Of a stretch of DNA of 64,000 bases, positions 11,066 through 23,459 are shown in pieces. The notes under the pieces are model-generated. The model searched no databases, had not been told where the DNA came from, and saw only the letters and a list, made by a program, of their open reading frames with translations. The position numbers and the translations under genes were made by a program. How positions within the stretch are numbered: position 1 is the first letter of the stretch; every line of letters begins with the position of its first letter. Source of the stretch: Tubulanus polymorphus (Eukaryota; Animalia; Nemertea); assembly GCF_964204645.1 (NCBI RefSeq), contig NC_134025.1:9982001-10046000 (forward strand). Reading direction: 5' to 3'.

Positions 11066-13548
11066 ATGCGAGGTGTTTTTCAAGAAGTTGGACATGATGG
11101 CAGCGCTGATACTATCGTTATGCATGAAGGGGTATGTATTTGTAACATGAATATGCACACCACAAAAGGATCATGCATTTTTAGTTGAAAGCGCAAGAAG
11201 AAAGAATGAGAAGCTTTTTTAGCATTTATTAGTTGAAGACGTTTTCCGTTATGTTTTGTAATCATTTCTATTTTTCACATAGCTTCCGATGCCAGAATTA
11301 GATGAAAATAGTGTAATCATTCAAGTACGAGCTTGCGGATTGTCGTTGGTCGACGCTAATCTTCTGATAGAATTGTTTCGCAAGAATCCACTCTCGCGCC
11401 AGCCTGTTGGGCATGAAATATCTGGAGTCATAACGCAGATCGGTTCTCAGGTTACGTCACTTCAATGCGGCGATGAAGTTGCAGGTACTATTCAGTCCTT
11501 AAAGGAGCAGATCACACTGATAGTTCTAACAGTTTTTCAGTAACTTAAATTCATAATTTTGGATTTAAAGCTTAGACTAGCCCAAGAAACTAGGGACGGT
11601 GGTATTTACATCTGGTATTGCTTCTATTGTAGGGTTACTTCCATTAGATTCTCCATATCCGGGGTGTGCCGAGTTTTGTGTTTGCAGTGAATACGACGTT
11701 GGTAAGAAAACGTGGCTTTTCAATCCGTAGATGTAACTTAACCATTTCCATTAAACTTTAAACCATTTCCTCGAATTGGCTAATTCTTATTTCTAGTAAA
11801 AAAGATGAACTCCATCAGTTTTGAGACTGCAGCTGGAGCAGTAGGTAATGCTATCAGAGCGTATTCGGCTTTGCATTATCAAGCGCGTTTGTGTAGTGGA
11901 GATTCAGTTCTAGTAATCGACGGGGCATCGTCATTTGGAAACACTGTCATTCAGCTAGCCCAACAATGGGGAGCCAAGGTACTTACTTACCAGGGAATTC
12001 ATTTTCGGAGAAGTTTGGTAGCTTTATACAGAGCAGACGCCGATCTTTTTGAATAGCTGATCTAAATAGCTATTTAGGAACAGTTTCCTTATATTTTCAA
12101 CAAACTTTTCTACTTCTCTATAGGTGTTAGCCACTGCAAGCAATGGACAAGAAAGGAAATATCTCGAAGATACATTCCCTAAACTTGGTAAGTCGTTTTT
12201 CTGAGCTAAGCATAAATTCATACAGGAATTTCTATTGATCCAGTCAGTCACAAGTGTTAAATAGAATTGGATTCTAATTTGAATGATGAGTATAGATAAA
12301 ACTGATCCAGATTAAGCTTGGAATATGTTATTATTAATTCTACTGCAGCTCAGGTGGTAGATATAGGCGAGAAAAGAAATGTGATGTTGGCTGCCGTGTT
12401 GGAGGAGACGGGAGGCATGGGCGTTGATTGCGTAGTAGACAACGGCGTAAAAATGTTTAATAACAACGATCTTGAGGACGAAAATGTGCGGATGGAGGTC
12501 ATGCATCCTTTACCCACTAAACATGATATTATATCGAGTTTAGCTATGGGCGGTCGATGGATAACCAGTCAATCAGACTTACAGGTACACCCAATATTTT
12601 AAACTTTATGAGCCAATTATTGACTTAATATTTCAATACAGGTATCGATCTGCTACCCATGCCCACCCCCACACATTGGCAATAAGGGTGATAAGGTGGT
12701 TGCTAACTGAAGTTCTGTTCCAAAAAAGGTCATTTTAGATCTGAATTCAGGCCTCTAGCTTTATGGCTTGTCATAATACAACATTGAAATATGAGTTCGA
12801 CATAGCAGTATCTGAAGGGTTTTTGGTTCATATCTTGGTATTGAATATAGAATTTGTTTGATCGTCAATCATTTCACCAACTGGTCATGGTTTCCCAAGA
12901 CCCCTAGTTTAATTTGACTCCCATATTTCTTCTATGAATCGCTAATAGTCTTACAGTTTTTATCAGATCAATACCAAACTTAGTATGGATGTTCAATTAG
13001 CTACTAATTCCCATTCTATAGCTGTGCTTGGATTCGATCCCTAGAGTACCCCGGCGGAACTAGATAGGCTGTTCGTTAATCGGTCTGGTATCTCTATTTC
13101 AGCTCGATCCTCCTGATAGCCAGATAATGTATATGAAGAGTGCTAGCGTCTGTTTTCTATTTGAACATAGTTGGTGTCTTTCTTCAGCTCAACAGGGACG
13201 ATATCAGCGTATCCTTTTCTCATAGATATAGTTGGTGGTTCAGCATGCAAAATATCATCTGGATTAGTTGTCATTTTTATGGCAGTCATTACACGTTTTG
13301 ATATGATTAATTCTTAACTCCTTGAGAGATATGCTGAAAGACATTATGCAGAAATTAGAACACAACTCTCTGAAGTAAGTATTATTCAAACATCTTTTTC
13401 CGTGTTCATTTCGCGCATTCAGTGCAAAAAGTAATTCTCGAAATATTTCAGTCCGATGATAAATAGAGTGGTAACTCTGGACAGCGCAGTGGAGACTTTG
13501 AAACAGTTGGATAGCCGCAGAATGGAAAAAGTTGTCGCGAGAATATGA
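11066..13548 (+). CDS. CRYZL1: Quinone oxidoreductase-like protein 1 (crystallin zeta-like 1 / FERRY4), about 355 aa; exons 11066-11131, 11283-11484, 11633-11701, 11797-11978, 12124-12187, 12349-12584, 13103-13208, 13329-13374, 13452-13548
   Basis: Nine exons join in frame (1068 nt). Motifs QVRACGLS, PVGHEISG, GLLPLDS, RAYSALHY, DGASSFG..IQLA, LEETGGMGVDCVVDNGV, LPTKHDII, LQLDPPDS and QQGRY match human CRYZL1 as recalled. Confidence 0.93.
12870..12910 (+). mobile_element. 3'-end remnant of the HINE family seen at 21.0-22.3 kb
   Basis: ttcaccaactggtcatggtttcccaagacccctagttt aligns with ttcccaagtgggcatggtgtccctggacccctagttt at 22243-22279. Confidence 0.55.
13209..13328 (+). other. U12-type (minor spliceosome) GT-AG intron in CRYZL1
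   Basis: 5' splice site GTATCCTTTT (U12 consensus RTATCCTTT). Branch site TTCTTAAC at 13311-13318, about 11 nt before the AG at 13327-13328. No polypyrimidine tract. Splicing here keeps the frame (QGRYQ-H-MLKDIMQKL). Confidence 0.88.
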
Positions 13549-13913
13549 AGGTTTAAGACATTCCTTATGGTGTTAAAGTGCAATAAAATGGACGATTAAC
13601 CTGTTCGATTAAAGCCACCTGAAAAGGCTTCTTACCAGTTCTCTGGTAATTGATCGATGGCTTCTTAACTATATACCAGTATGAAGGATGCATATCGTTG
13701 TACATGTATATCGGATCAAAGTTGTGATTTGAAATGATGCAGGAGGTTATCAGAGTTCTGATGGATATTGTTAAGAGATTAACTGAAATAAAAACATTTT
13801 ATAATAATGCTATATATTTCTGCTTTAGTTTTGGATTTTGTCATAGGCAACTAGTGCTGGGGACTCGCAGACTTGAAATGGCTCAAATACTGTTTTTGGC
13901 CCACTTGACAATA

Positions 13914-14075
13914 CAGTCTCCCCCGATATTCCGCCCTCCCATATACCGCCACCTCCGCGTACCGCCAGGTTTTCTCAATGTACATCTCAATACAAATACA
14001 TAGTAAAACACCCCCAGGCCTATATAGCACCAAAATCGTTCTGCACTGATGGGGCCATATATCGGGGTTTGACTG
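13914..14075. mobile_element. Tc1/mariner (pogo/Tigger-like) MITE
   Basis: TA-CAGTCTCCCCGATAT...ATATCGGGGTTTGACTG-TA: imperfect TIRs with TA target duplication. Confidence 0.65.
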
Positions 14076-14795
14076 TATATATCAACTGGTTTCAACTTGC
14101 CACCTTCACCGAGGGATCTTTAATATTGTCAAGCATTGCACTAAGAAGGTAGGGTGTTCCTGGACCTAATTGTCTCTAGGAAACATAACTGAAGCACCAG
14201 CTCGTGAGAGCCGGTCAGAAACGAGTGGTCTTTGGAACTCTTTAATTAGCACGTTGATTCATCCCAAATACCTGTAGACAATTGCCTTGGATTATCACTA
14301 GCCAGGCAATGAATAACAAATTTTCTTACTTAAATTCATCATGATAACGGCCAATCTTGGCTCACATTTCCTTGGAATTTATCTACCTCGGAGAGTATTC
14401 ATGGGGTCTGTGAGTACATGTAGTCTACTCATGATAGTGTTGCTTGGTCTTCACATCAAAAACTGTATGGAGAACCCAGTCACATACAGGAAATTCAAGA
14501 TCAGTGATCCTGCTGCAGATACCTGAGCATGTTCACCAGTTATATCAAGACAATCCATAGAAACATCTTCAACACTTCCCAAACAACTGGACGTCGTCTG
14601 TTGGATGAAAAGTGAACAAAATTCCTAAGAGGGCTAAAAACTAAATAAAATTTGTTCTAAGAAATTGTTATTATTCACAAACTATAAATTACAACAACAA
14701 GGAGCACAAGATGTTTTTTGCTATTCCAAATCACACAACTTTATAATATTCTCGATAATGAATCAAACCCAGAGATCTACATTTTCATTGTAATC

Positions 14796-17700
14796 TTAGA
14801 TGGCCTGCTTGATCAGGTTCGAATAATTCTTGATCTTGGTCGCAGTAGACATATCTACATACTTGTCACCTATATTGACAACCATGCCGCCGATGATTGA
14901 CGGATCGACCTAAAGACGAGAAAAATTATGATGATGAATAAATAATTAGCCCGGCTCTAGGATATTATAAACTGTGTGTCTGTACAAGGAATTTGTATTC
15001 GATGTAAACTGATGTGCAGTGGAATCTAATTGCAATGACTTTCAGGGGACCAGTAAGTAAATGATCGTTACAACCCTATTAGTTTCCACAGTATGAAATT
15101 ATCAATATTGTCCTATCTTGACACCAATATTCTTGGTTTGTTATAAGCGATCAATTGTCATATCCTCTACCGACCCAAAGCCAAATTTTGGTCCAATTAC
15201 CTTCATATTTGAGAATTACACTTACATTAGGGTACTATTTTGAGTTTCCACCTTATTTTCTGACCTGCTTTTTTCCCCAAAAATTGTACATGGGGTCTCA
15301 AATGACCAAAATCTTCGAAATTTTGGAATTTCAATTCAGTTCTAAAACCACGCTCAGTGCCTTATCTACACCTAGACTGACATTCGAGCATGTAACTTAC
15401 CAGTGGCAATGGTTAAAGAATTTTTTTACCATTTTGAAAAATTGAGAAATTTCTTAGATTTGAATGAGAATTTTAGTCACAGTACCACTCCAGAAGCTAT
15501 CCTTTTTAGTATTGCACTAGCGCGATAGATGGCATCACAATATTGTACAGCAGAATACTAAACATTGGGACTCAGCAGCATAAAATGTGTTTGCTGTGAA
15601 TGTATCCTCATTTCTAAGATTGTACAGAGGGCTGTACAATTCAATCGTGAGGATATCTGAGGTCATCGTGTAATAAGGTTCCACTGTACCGTAGCGGGTA
15701 TATCAACAATCTTTACCTGGGTAGTCAGATGAAGTGTTTCTCCCTGCTTCAAGAATCCTTTGAGGGCACCTTCTAATTCTTTCATATTTTTAGCATCCAA
15801 TTCCTGAAAACGAGAAGAGAGGCAGAAAATTGTATGTACCCAGTACATGACGTTAAGTCACAATCCAAACTAGAGAAAAACCTGCAACAACGCCAGGCAT
15901 TTAACACATAGACAGACCGACAGATAGAATCATTTTCACTTAGGATAGCCTACCTTAGCAGTGGTTACTACACATTGGACCTCTCCTCTGTGGGCGCTCA
16001 TTATTCGGTTGTAGGCATTCATCACAGCTTTCATTTTCTTCAGTCTGCCATTTTCGGTCAAAGCAGCTGCAATAGCGAATCATTAAATCTTCATAACGTC
16101 CGTACAGTACAAAGTTGCAATATTTAAGTAATATTTCATTGAAATATTAAAAGAATGCGTCCAAATGAATCAGTTAAGATATGATCACGATAAAACAGCT
16201 TCCACCAACAACTATACGACGATGTGAACCAACTTACTGAAAAAGTTAATGGTCACTTTTGAGCATTTGTTTGCATTCAGGATACTTGTAATAGTGGCTG
16301 TAAAAATAGAGAGAAATTGATTCCAGGTTGTGATAACATTTCTCCAGGACAGAGAGGCAATGAGGAGAAGTACGCTTGCTTGACATGACCATAGTCCACA
16401 GCGTTTTTAAAACGCGATTAAATTTTGAGATTCCTTGTTTGCCCTTTAACAAATGTTCGCTTTGAAAATCCTTACCCGCCTTCTCCGGTTTGGGCAACGT
16501 AGGGTTCAAAAGGTAGTCTTCAAGTGGTTTGCTGGACTTCAGGAGATCCTAGAACAACATAAAACATACATATAATTTTTTCATCATAGGCTATATCCCT
16601 CCTAACTGTACATTTTTTCAATCGTCATGATTTAAATACCTGTAAACTTTTGAAATCTTTCTCAACATTATCGAGTTGCTTCTCTTTCGACGCGGCAGAA
16701 TAAAGAGCATGAGCATAACGGCCTTCGACTCCGAATATCTGAATTGGCGCCTGAAACAATGAAATAAAACGTAAATCCTTAATAGACGCAGAGATGGTGG
16801 AAGAATCGTATGAAAACTTATTTCAACTCGAATCAGCTTTAACTAGATTTTATAATAATGGGTCACTGTGCGAGTCTGGGCACTGCGTCATCAATATTGG
16901 TGTTAAAAAAAATAAAATCTACATTTGTGAATAATGGCGTTATTTTGTAATCAAATAAATTTCATGACGCTTATTCTCTATGTAATGAATTCTCATGTCT
17001 TTGCAACATCAAACTTTTGAGTGGATGCACACTACATCATTAAAATTGGCTAGACTGGTTGCTGGTCAAGTCAATCATTGATACATTCAAAATCAAAATA
17101 CCTTTATTGATCTTTAACAAAAACATGTACTATATTATGATATTTCTTATTCAGTTGACAATATTAAGGAATATGTTGTTTTTCAATGCATCAATAAACT
17201 TAAAAAATAGTTTCCTCATTGGAGTTCACTTACCGTAACAAGTTTTTGCCTTGAAGCTGATGAGCTGAACTGGCGAATCTAAAGAAAAAATTACAACTAA
17301 TATGAAATTTGATTTAACCCCTATGATATGATTGAGGAGGTAGTTTTGAATCTTCCTAACCCTTAGTCAGTAAACAAGAATCCGATTCAAAATCAGATAT
17401 TTCATAAACCACATCGGTTGTTACACTAAGCATTTGTGAACTTAAGCATAAATAAATTGAACGTCCGTTATCCAATCATTGAACTGGCGAATCAAATGCG
17501 ATTGACGGACTCAAATAGATGGATGGATTGAGCTGCAGCGTTTTAACTTTTATTCTCTCAACTTATCATTTATGACCATCTATTTATTTCTTCATTTTAC
17601 GACAACCCACCAGATTCCATGTTTTGAATCGATCCAAAGATGGAAGAATACGAACAAGCTAAACCCTAAGCCATCTCCCCTGACAGGGATTCGAACTTGA

Positions 17701-18275
17701 TAGCACGGAGATTCGTCATGATGGTACAAAACCCTGCCACACATACCCGATTATGAGCGTAGCTTGGATGATATCATCAGTAATTCAGATATCTTATTTC
17801 ATATTAACCTGGGTTTTTTCCATTTGTAGTTTTATCCATGAAATTTGCCTCAGCAGCTCAGCGATTATACAACGGACAATCTAATTAGACTTGGTGCCGC
17901 CAAGTTTTAGTGCGGGAAAACTGCTAATGTGTGCCTGCTACTAGTGGCAGGGTTTTGTGCCGTGCATGGCTGAGTCTAGCAATGCCATCAGGTTCGAATC
18001 TTTGCAGGGAAATACCCTGATGCTGACGAGTGACTTCGATCCAGGAGCCGGCTACCCGGAAGTTAAAATCTTTTCTTGCGTTTGCAATGCCAGACCTGTT
18101 CCACAACTTCTTATCTTTTAAATTCAGTACACGCAGTACATAATCGTATCATACAAAGATGCACGAATGGTTTAAGTACAGAGACAAAATAATCATCACT
18201 GCGAAAAATACGTGTTTATCGCAGAATTAATGGAATTAATTCACTTACAACGGCGGAAAATCTTGGAGCGGCCAT
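14796..18275 (-). CDS. ATP5PO: ATP synthase peripheral stalk subunit OSCP, about 209 aa; exons 18275-18249, 17278-17234, 16750-16640, 16548-16476, 16297-16238, 16066-15954, 15803-15717, 14909-14796
   Basis: Eight GT-AG exons join in frame (630 nt): [51 protein letters not shown]...ENGRL...[19 protein letters not shown]...[27 protein letters not shown]. These are OSCP signatures with a mitochondrial presequence. Confidence 0.96.
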
Positions 18276-18774
18276 GGTTTCCAGACGGGTCAAGGTTGGG
18301 CTGTTGCAAAGATTTGAAGATTTTTCTTGTATTCCTTCTTTTATATATGGAAATCTTTCTTCTTTTTGAAATCCCTTTTCAATTTTGATAGTATAAAAAT
18401 ACGACTGATATCTAATATCAAAATTGTAACCCAATTAATATTTTCTCTACATAGAACACTGTAATAATTTTTTCGCAACATCACCAATCTGGACTAATGG
18501 ATCGGACTAATGACTAATAGCTAAACTTTTCTATTTTATCATACGTTATTTGAGAAAAAAAATTCTACAAGGTCTTGATTATGTCAATATTTACAAATAA
18601 GTGTTTGATAGTACATTAAAATGAACTTTTACTCATCTGTGATGATCCGATTCTTGGTCGGACTCCGCAAATGACCCAGCCTTAGTCCGTAATTGAATTG
18701 TGGAGCCAGGCCGGCATGATTTCTTTTCGTAGAATTTAGTTGTTCTAAATTACCTTTTCTTACTTCATCGAAAT
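18276..18774. promoter_or_regulatory. Bidirectional promoter region between ATP5PO and MRPS6
   Basis: The start codons point away from each other with 499 nt between them (ATG at 18275 minus, 18775 plus). Confidence 0.75.
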
Positions 18775-20529
18775 ATGCCTGTTTACGAATTATCCCTGAT
18801 TGTGCGCTGCCTTGAAAGGGTAATGAATTTGTATGAGCGAATGCAACTCTCCATGGGTCCACACATGCTTTTTCTGTGGAAATACATTGAAATTGACGCA
18901 TACACGCACACACAACAGTGTCAGTGACACACACCGACTGACACAGTCCAGTTGTCCCAAATCCATGGTCATGTCATCTCATATGATGACACCTTACCTT
19001 ACCATAACCCTAACTCTTTGTAATACTAGCACCACATAGTGGAAAGATGACCTAAAACTGCAGTTAGACCAATCAGTGTATTTATAATTCAATTTCTGAA
19101 ACTCATTACTCAGCCTCCCTCTCACTTTGTGAATGTGATGCGACGATCCGAGGGAAAGATGCAAGGAATGGATGTGCAACCTTCTTTGCAAATTTCAAGT
19201 TGTCCTGGAATTTAGTGGGAAATAGATATTAAACTGATAGGCCTATCGAAAAAAGCTTTATAAGCTCATTCTCCGTATTTGCGAAAATTTGTGAATGCTC
19301 TTCAGTGAGCTTTCCCTCAAAAAAGCAATCGAATCTGGTGATTAAGTATTTACTGTCTGTCTGATGGTGGATCCAGATTGCAAGATCCATTTCCTCAATT
19401 TTTGGTTGATTTTGACTAGAGATCAGATGAAATTCCAGTGTCTACAACCATAACTAGAGAGGCAAATTTTAAGGTCCAGATTAATATCAGGGCCCAATCC
19501 TAAATCTTAAAATCGGTCATGTGGTCTTAAGTTCTGATTGCGCAACCAGTGCGTGCATCATTTGAAGCCTTCAAATTTAAGTCGGCATTTGGCTGACCTA
19601 ACTACTAGCAGTCATGACTGATAGACGGGATATAACTAACTTACTAATGATTTCTTTGCAGCCTCAGTTGCATCAGGTTTTAAGAAGAACCGCTGAACAC
19701 ATCATGAAACGAGGCGGCATTGTTCAATCTTGGGAAAAATATGCCAAAACGAATTTACCATACAAGATGCGAAAAAATGATGTAGCTTATTTACAGGGAA
19801 AGTGAGTATAAATGCGGAGCTTTTAAACTTCAGTTCATTTAAGAAAAAAATGCAATAAAAAAGGTTCCATTCTTGGTGAATGATTCTTTTTCATTCATCG
19901 CCACTGAGTGTAGCCTAAGTCTACTTAAGGTCTCTGCATTGAACATTTTTGGTTTAATTGCAAAATACTTCACATTTTCAATGAGGAAAACACTTCAAAC
20001 GTAATCACTTAAGCGTTTAACTTTTTCATGAATTTAAATTTATCATTAAATCATATTGTTTAATCACTGAGAATGGGTAGGTTGTCATAAGCAATTAACC
20101 TTAATTCTATACTACAAAACTGGTCCCTGATAGATGAATACACTATCCTTACTCTCAAAACTGCGCTCAAGGTAGTGTAGTTTACAAAGATCAATGGCCC
20201 CTGTGCTAGAGTAAGGGCAATTTACTGTGTTGAAAAATTAGCAGTGTGATTAATTCTACTTCATGTTATTGTGACCAGAGAAATGTTTTCAAGTTCTTCG
20301 ATTCATTCTTTTCAGTTACTTTTTCGTCAAGTTTTCGTCGCCAATCACGGAGCTGGTGGATTTGAATGAGGAACTCGGTCGAGACGTCGACATCATCAGA
20401 CGACATATCGTCGCGCCTGACGAACCGTTCGATCGGCCGTGTAAATACGGACCTTGCGTATGGGGAGAGATACCGAATCCGAACTATGAAAAGATGATCG
20501 GAAAACTGAGAAGTTTCCGCAAATACTGA
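18775..20529 (+). CDS. MRPS6: Mitochondrial small ribosomal subunit protein bS6m, about 132 aa; exons 18775-18819, 19662-19801, 20316-20529
   Basis: MPVYELSLIVRCLER|PQLHQVLRRTAEHIMKRGGIV...LPYKM...G|NYFFVKFSSP...ELGRDVDIIRRHIV matches MRPS6 (MPRYELALIL...LPY...GYFLVDF...RDIDVIR). Junctions are GT-AG and in frame; stop TGA 20527-20529. Confidence 0.92.
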
Positions 20530-21000
20530 AACTTCTGCCATATGATCAGAACAAAACGTCGCAATTGTGATTTAGCAGCAGTCAGTGAACAGTGAACGTT
20601 TCGGAAATAGATTAAATCTAAGGATTTGCCTCAAATTGAAGATAATCGGGGCTTATGAATACCGATAGAATTTAGCTGGTCATTGGGGATGTGAAGCCTG
20701 GATCCACAGCCAAGATTGAATTCCAAAGTTAGACTTGGATATCGAAGGGTTAAGAACTGTCATAATTCATTTGATTAGTTTAGTACAAATTAGGATGAGT
20801 TGAGGTCAGTCTTAAGTTATGTTTGGACTGTGGAACTGGGATGAAATAGCATTGAGTATTGACTGTGTATAGTATTAGTTAGTATTGATAGTGTTGAGGG
20901 TGTATGTTAATCATTTTCAGTGATACGTTATGCGAGTATAAAGTGAGTTTAAATAAATCAATTTTTATAATACATACATTTAAATTTGTGGCTTTTAGCT

Positions 21001-22279
21001 TTTTTAGCCCATTTGGGACTTTAGTACCAGCGGGCTATTGCGTTCACTTTTCGTCCGTCGTCCATCCGTCCGTTCGTCTGTCCGTAGACGGAATCCAGTT
21101 ATTTTGGGAAGTTTTGAAGACGCTTCAAGGTAATGTCTTGATATTTGGTTTATACATGTATCTACCCTAGACACATCTTCAGCCCAAAAACTGGCCCTAT
21201 CAGAATCAAGATGGCCGACTGGCAGCCATTGTTGTTCGCCAAAATCAGCACTTTTTACACATTTTCGAAGTTTACGAGGGCAATTTTGAAGACGATTTGA
21301 TCAATTACCTTGATCTTTCGAATATATTTGAATCTACCAAGGGCCCATCAGCATAAGAAAAATTGGGTCCATCTGACTCAAGATGGCCGTCCTATGACCT
21401 TTTTAGTGCCCAAAAATGTCAATTTTGGCCAGAATTCTAGGTCCTGTAGCTTCCTACTGGTTTGCCATTTCTCATTGCAATTTGTGATGGGTATTCTTTG
21501 TAAAGGGATGTTTTATACCTGAGATAGGTATTTTTGATCCGCCAATTATGACGCAATTGGCGGCCATCTTGGTGTCATTAGTACTCATTCGTAGGTGGGA
21601 AAAAGTTTTTCGACATTATATTGTTACCTAAGCATATTTTGTTACAACAATGAATTAGAAAGTTGTAGCGTATAACGTGTTCTATGATTGGGGTGAGTTT
21701 CAAGTTCATTGTTTTTTGTATATGGCCACCAGGGGGCGTTGAATAATACAATATCTTAGTATTTCTATATAATATTTGTACCAATACATATTGTGTTACC
21801 GCAATCAATTGAAAAGTTGTAGCTCATGACATCATCTATGATTGTGGTGAGTTTTAAGGAAATTAGTTATTCTATATGGTCACCAGGGGGCGTTGAATAG
21901 TAGAATAACCTGGTATTTCCTTATTATATTGGTACCTAGGCATATTTTGTTACCATGATCAATTACAAAGTTGTAGTTCATGACATGTTCTATGAATATG
22001 GTGAGTTACAAGGTTATTGGGTTTTGAATATGGTCACCAGGGGGCGTTGAATAGTAGATTAACTTAGTATTTCCATATTAAATTAGTAACGAGGCATTTT
22101 TTGTTATCACAATCAATTACAAAATCGTAGCTGCTGACATGTTCTATGATTGTATTGAGTTTCAAGGTCATTGGTTTTTGTATATGGTCACCAGAGGGCG
22201 TTGAATATTGAAATTGTTAGATTGTTGAGCATTTGAAACCACTTCCCAAGTGGGCATGGTGTCCCTGGACCCCTAGTTT
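21001..22279 (+). mobile_element. Helentron-associated interspersed element (HINE / DINE-1 / Pearl-like) with internal 154-bp tandem repeats
   Basis: T-run, then subTIR GCCCATTTGGGA (21007-21018) with nearby inverted cgggcta. (GTCC)n-like microsatellite at about 21052-21085. Four 154-bp units (tatgg at 21721, 21875, 22029, 22183). 3' subTIR TCCCAAGTGGGC (22244-22255), short hairpin GTCC-ct-GGAC and a CTAGTTT end. Confidence 0.8.
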
Positions 22280-23459
22280 TAGGAGGCATTGCTTCTGCTT
22301 TCCAATTTTAGTCCATAACCAATTATTTACCCCTCTTTATGTTATCCCTAGTCCTGAAATAGATATGGGAAAAAGGAAACAAATTCATGACAGGAGAAAG
22401 CGATAGAGGCATTGTCTACATACAGGAACTTCTCAGTAAATATTTGGTTTGAACCAACGGTGCTTTGCTAGTTTTTCACTGATCAAGATGGACATGACTG
22501 CCATCTATCCAATCATCTCAACACTAGACCGTATGAAGCCAGTGAATTTTACGGTTGTAGGTAAAAATCCCCAAATCTTCAAAGTAGGCAAAAACCCCCA
22601 CATGGCGATTGTTCAAAGCAAGATATTTCTTCACTAGTATTGGTATTGACTTAGGAATAATGTTTGATGCTAACGCGATATTTTAGATAAACTACAAAGA
22701 GTATTGTTGACTCATTCAGACTGATCAAATCATTTTGAAATGAATTGTATTTGGTTAAGATTGCTACCCGAGAACAATAAGATTTTTATTTCTTAAGCTG
22801 AAGAATATTCAGGTTACAAATCTCAGATAAATTCAATCTGATTAAGTGACAATTAGTTACGGGTCGTATGATTTATATATCTTAAGTTTGTCATTTGGAT
22901 TTATATTCAATGCTGCTGGTGAATATTTGGTTATAAGTACCATAAGTGGATTGAAGCATTATTATTGTTCATAGATTTGTTAGCTATTTTAATCATTCTG
23001 ACCATGGCCCTGACTCACAAGTTCCTGGTTCCTCTTAGTTTAGCGAGACAGTACATCGATTGGAAAATTCACTATTTTCCTTCACTCTTCTTAGATATTC
23101 GTCTTATTTAATAAGGTGATGCCAACACTGTTGAATTAAGCTCAACATATTTGACTTTTGAGAGTCCTTTGCATTTTAGTCAGTCCCGACTGCTCCAAGT
23201 ATTACCTGGTGTGTATCGGTGAAGTAGTTACCATTCCCTCCACTAGTTACCCAGATCTGTGTCGTGCCTTTTATCAACTAGGGCGTTTTATATGCGTTCC
23301 AAACGACTGTGAGACAACCGCCTCTTTAATGTCAGATTGTCAACAAAGCATTTTGACCGAGGAATGGACCACAAGCAGCATCTAACTTCCTTGTAAAATA
23401 GGATACCGCAGTAGATGGAATAGAAGACTAACCCAACAATAAAGAAAAAATTCCTTTGT

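Noticed and set aside
16833-16895. Possible C/D snoRNA in ATP5PO intron 2 (TTGATGA...CTGA on the minus strand)
   Set aside because: Weak terminal stem and no recognisable rRNA guide.
17677-18010. tRNA genes suggested by GTTCGAATC B-boxes
   Set aside because: No acceptor or anticodon stems could be formed; kept only as a Pol III-like finding.
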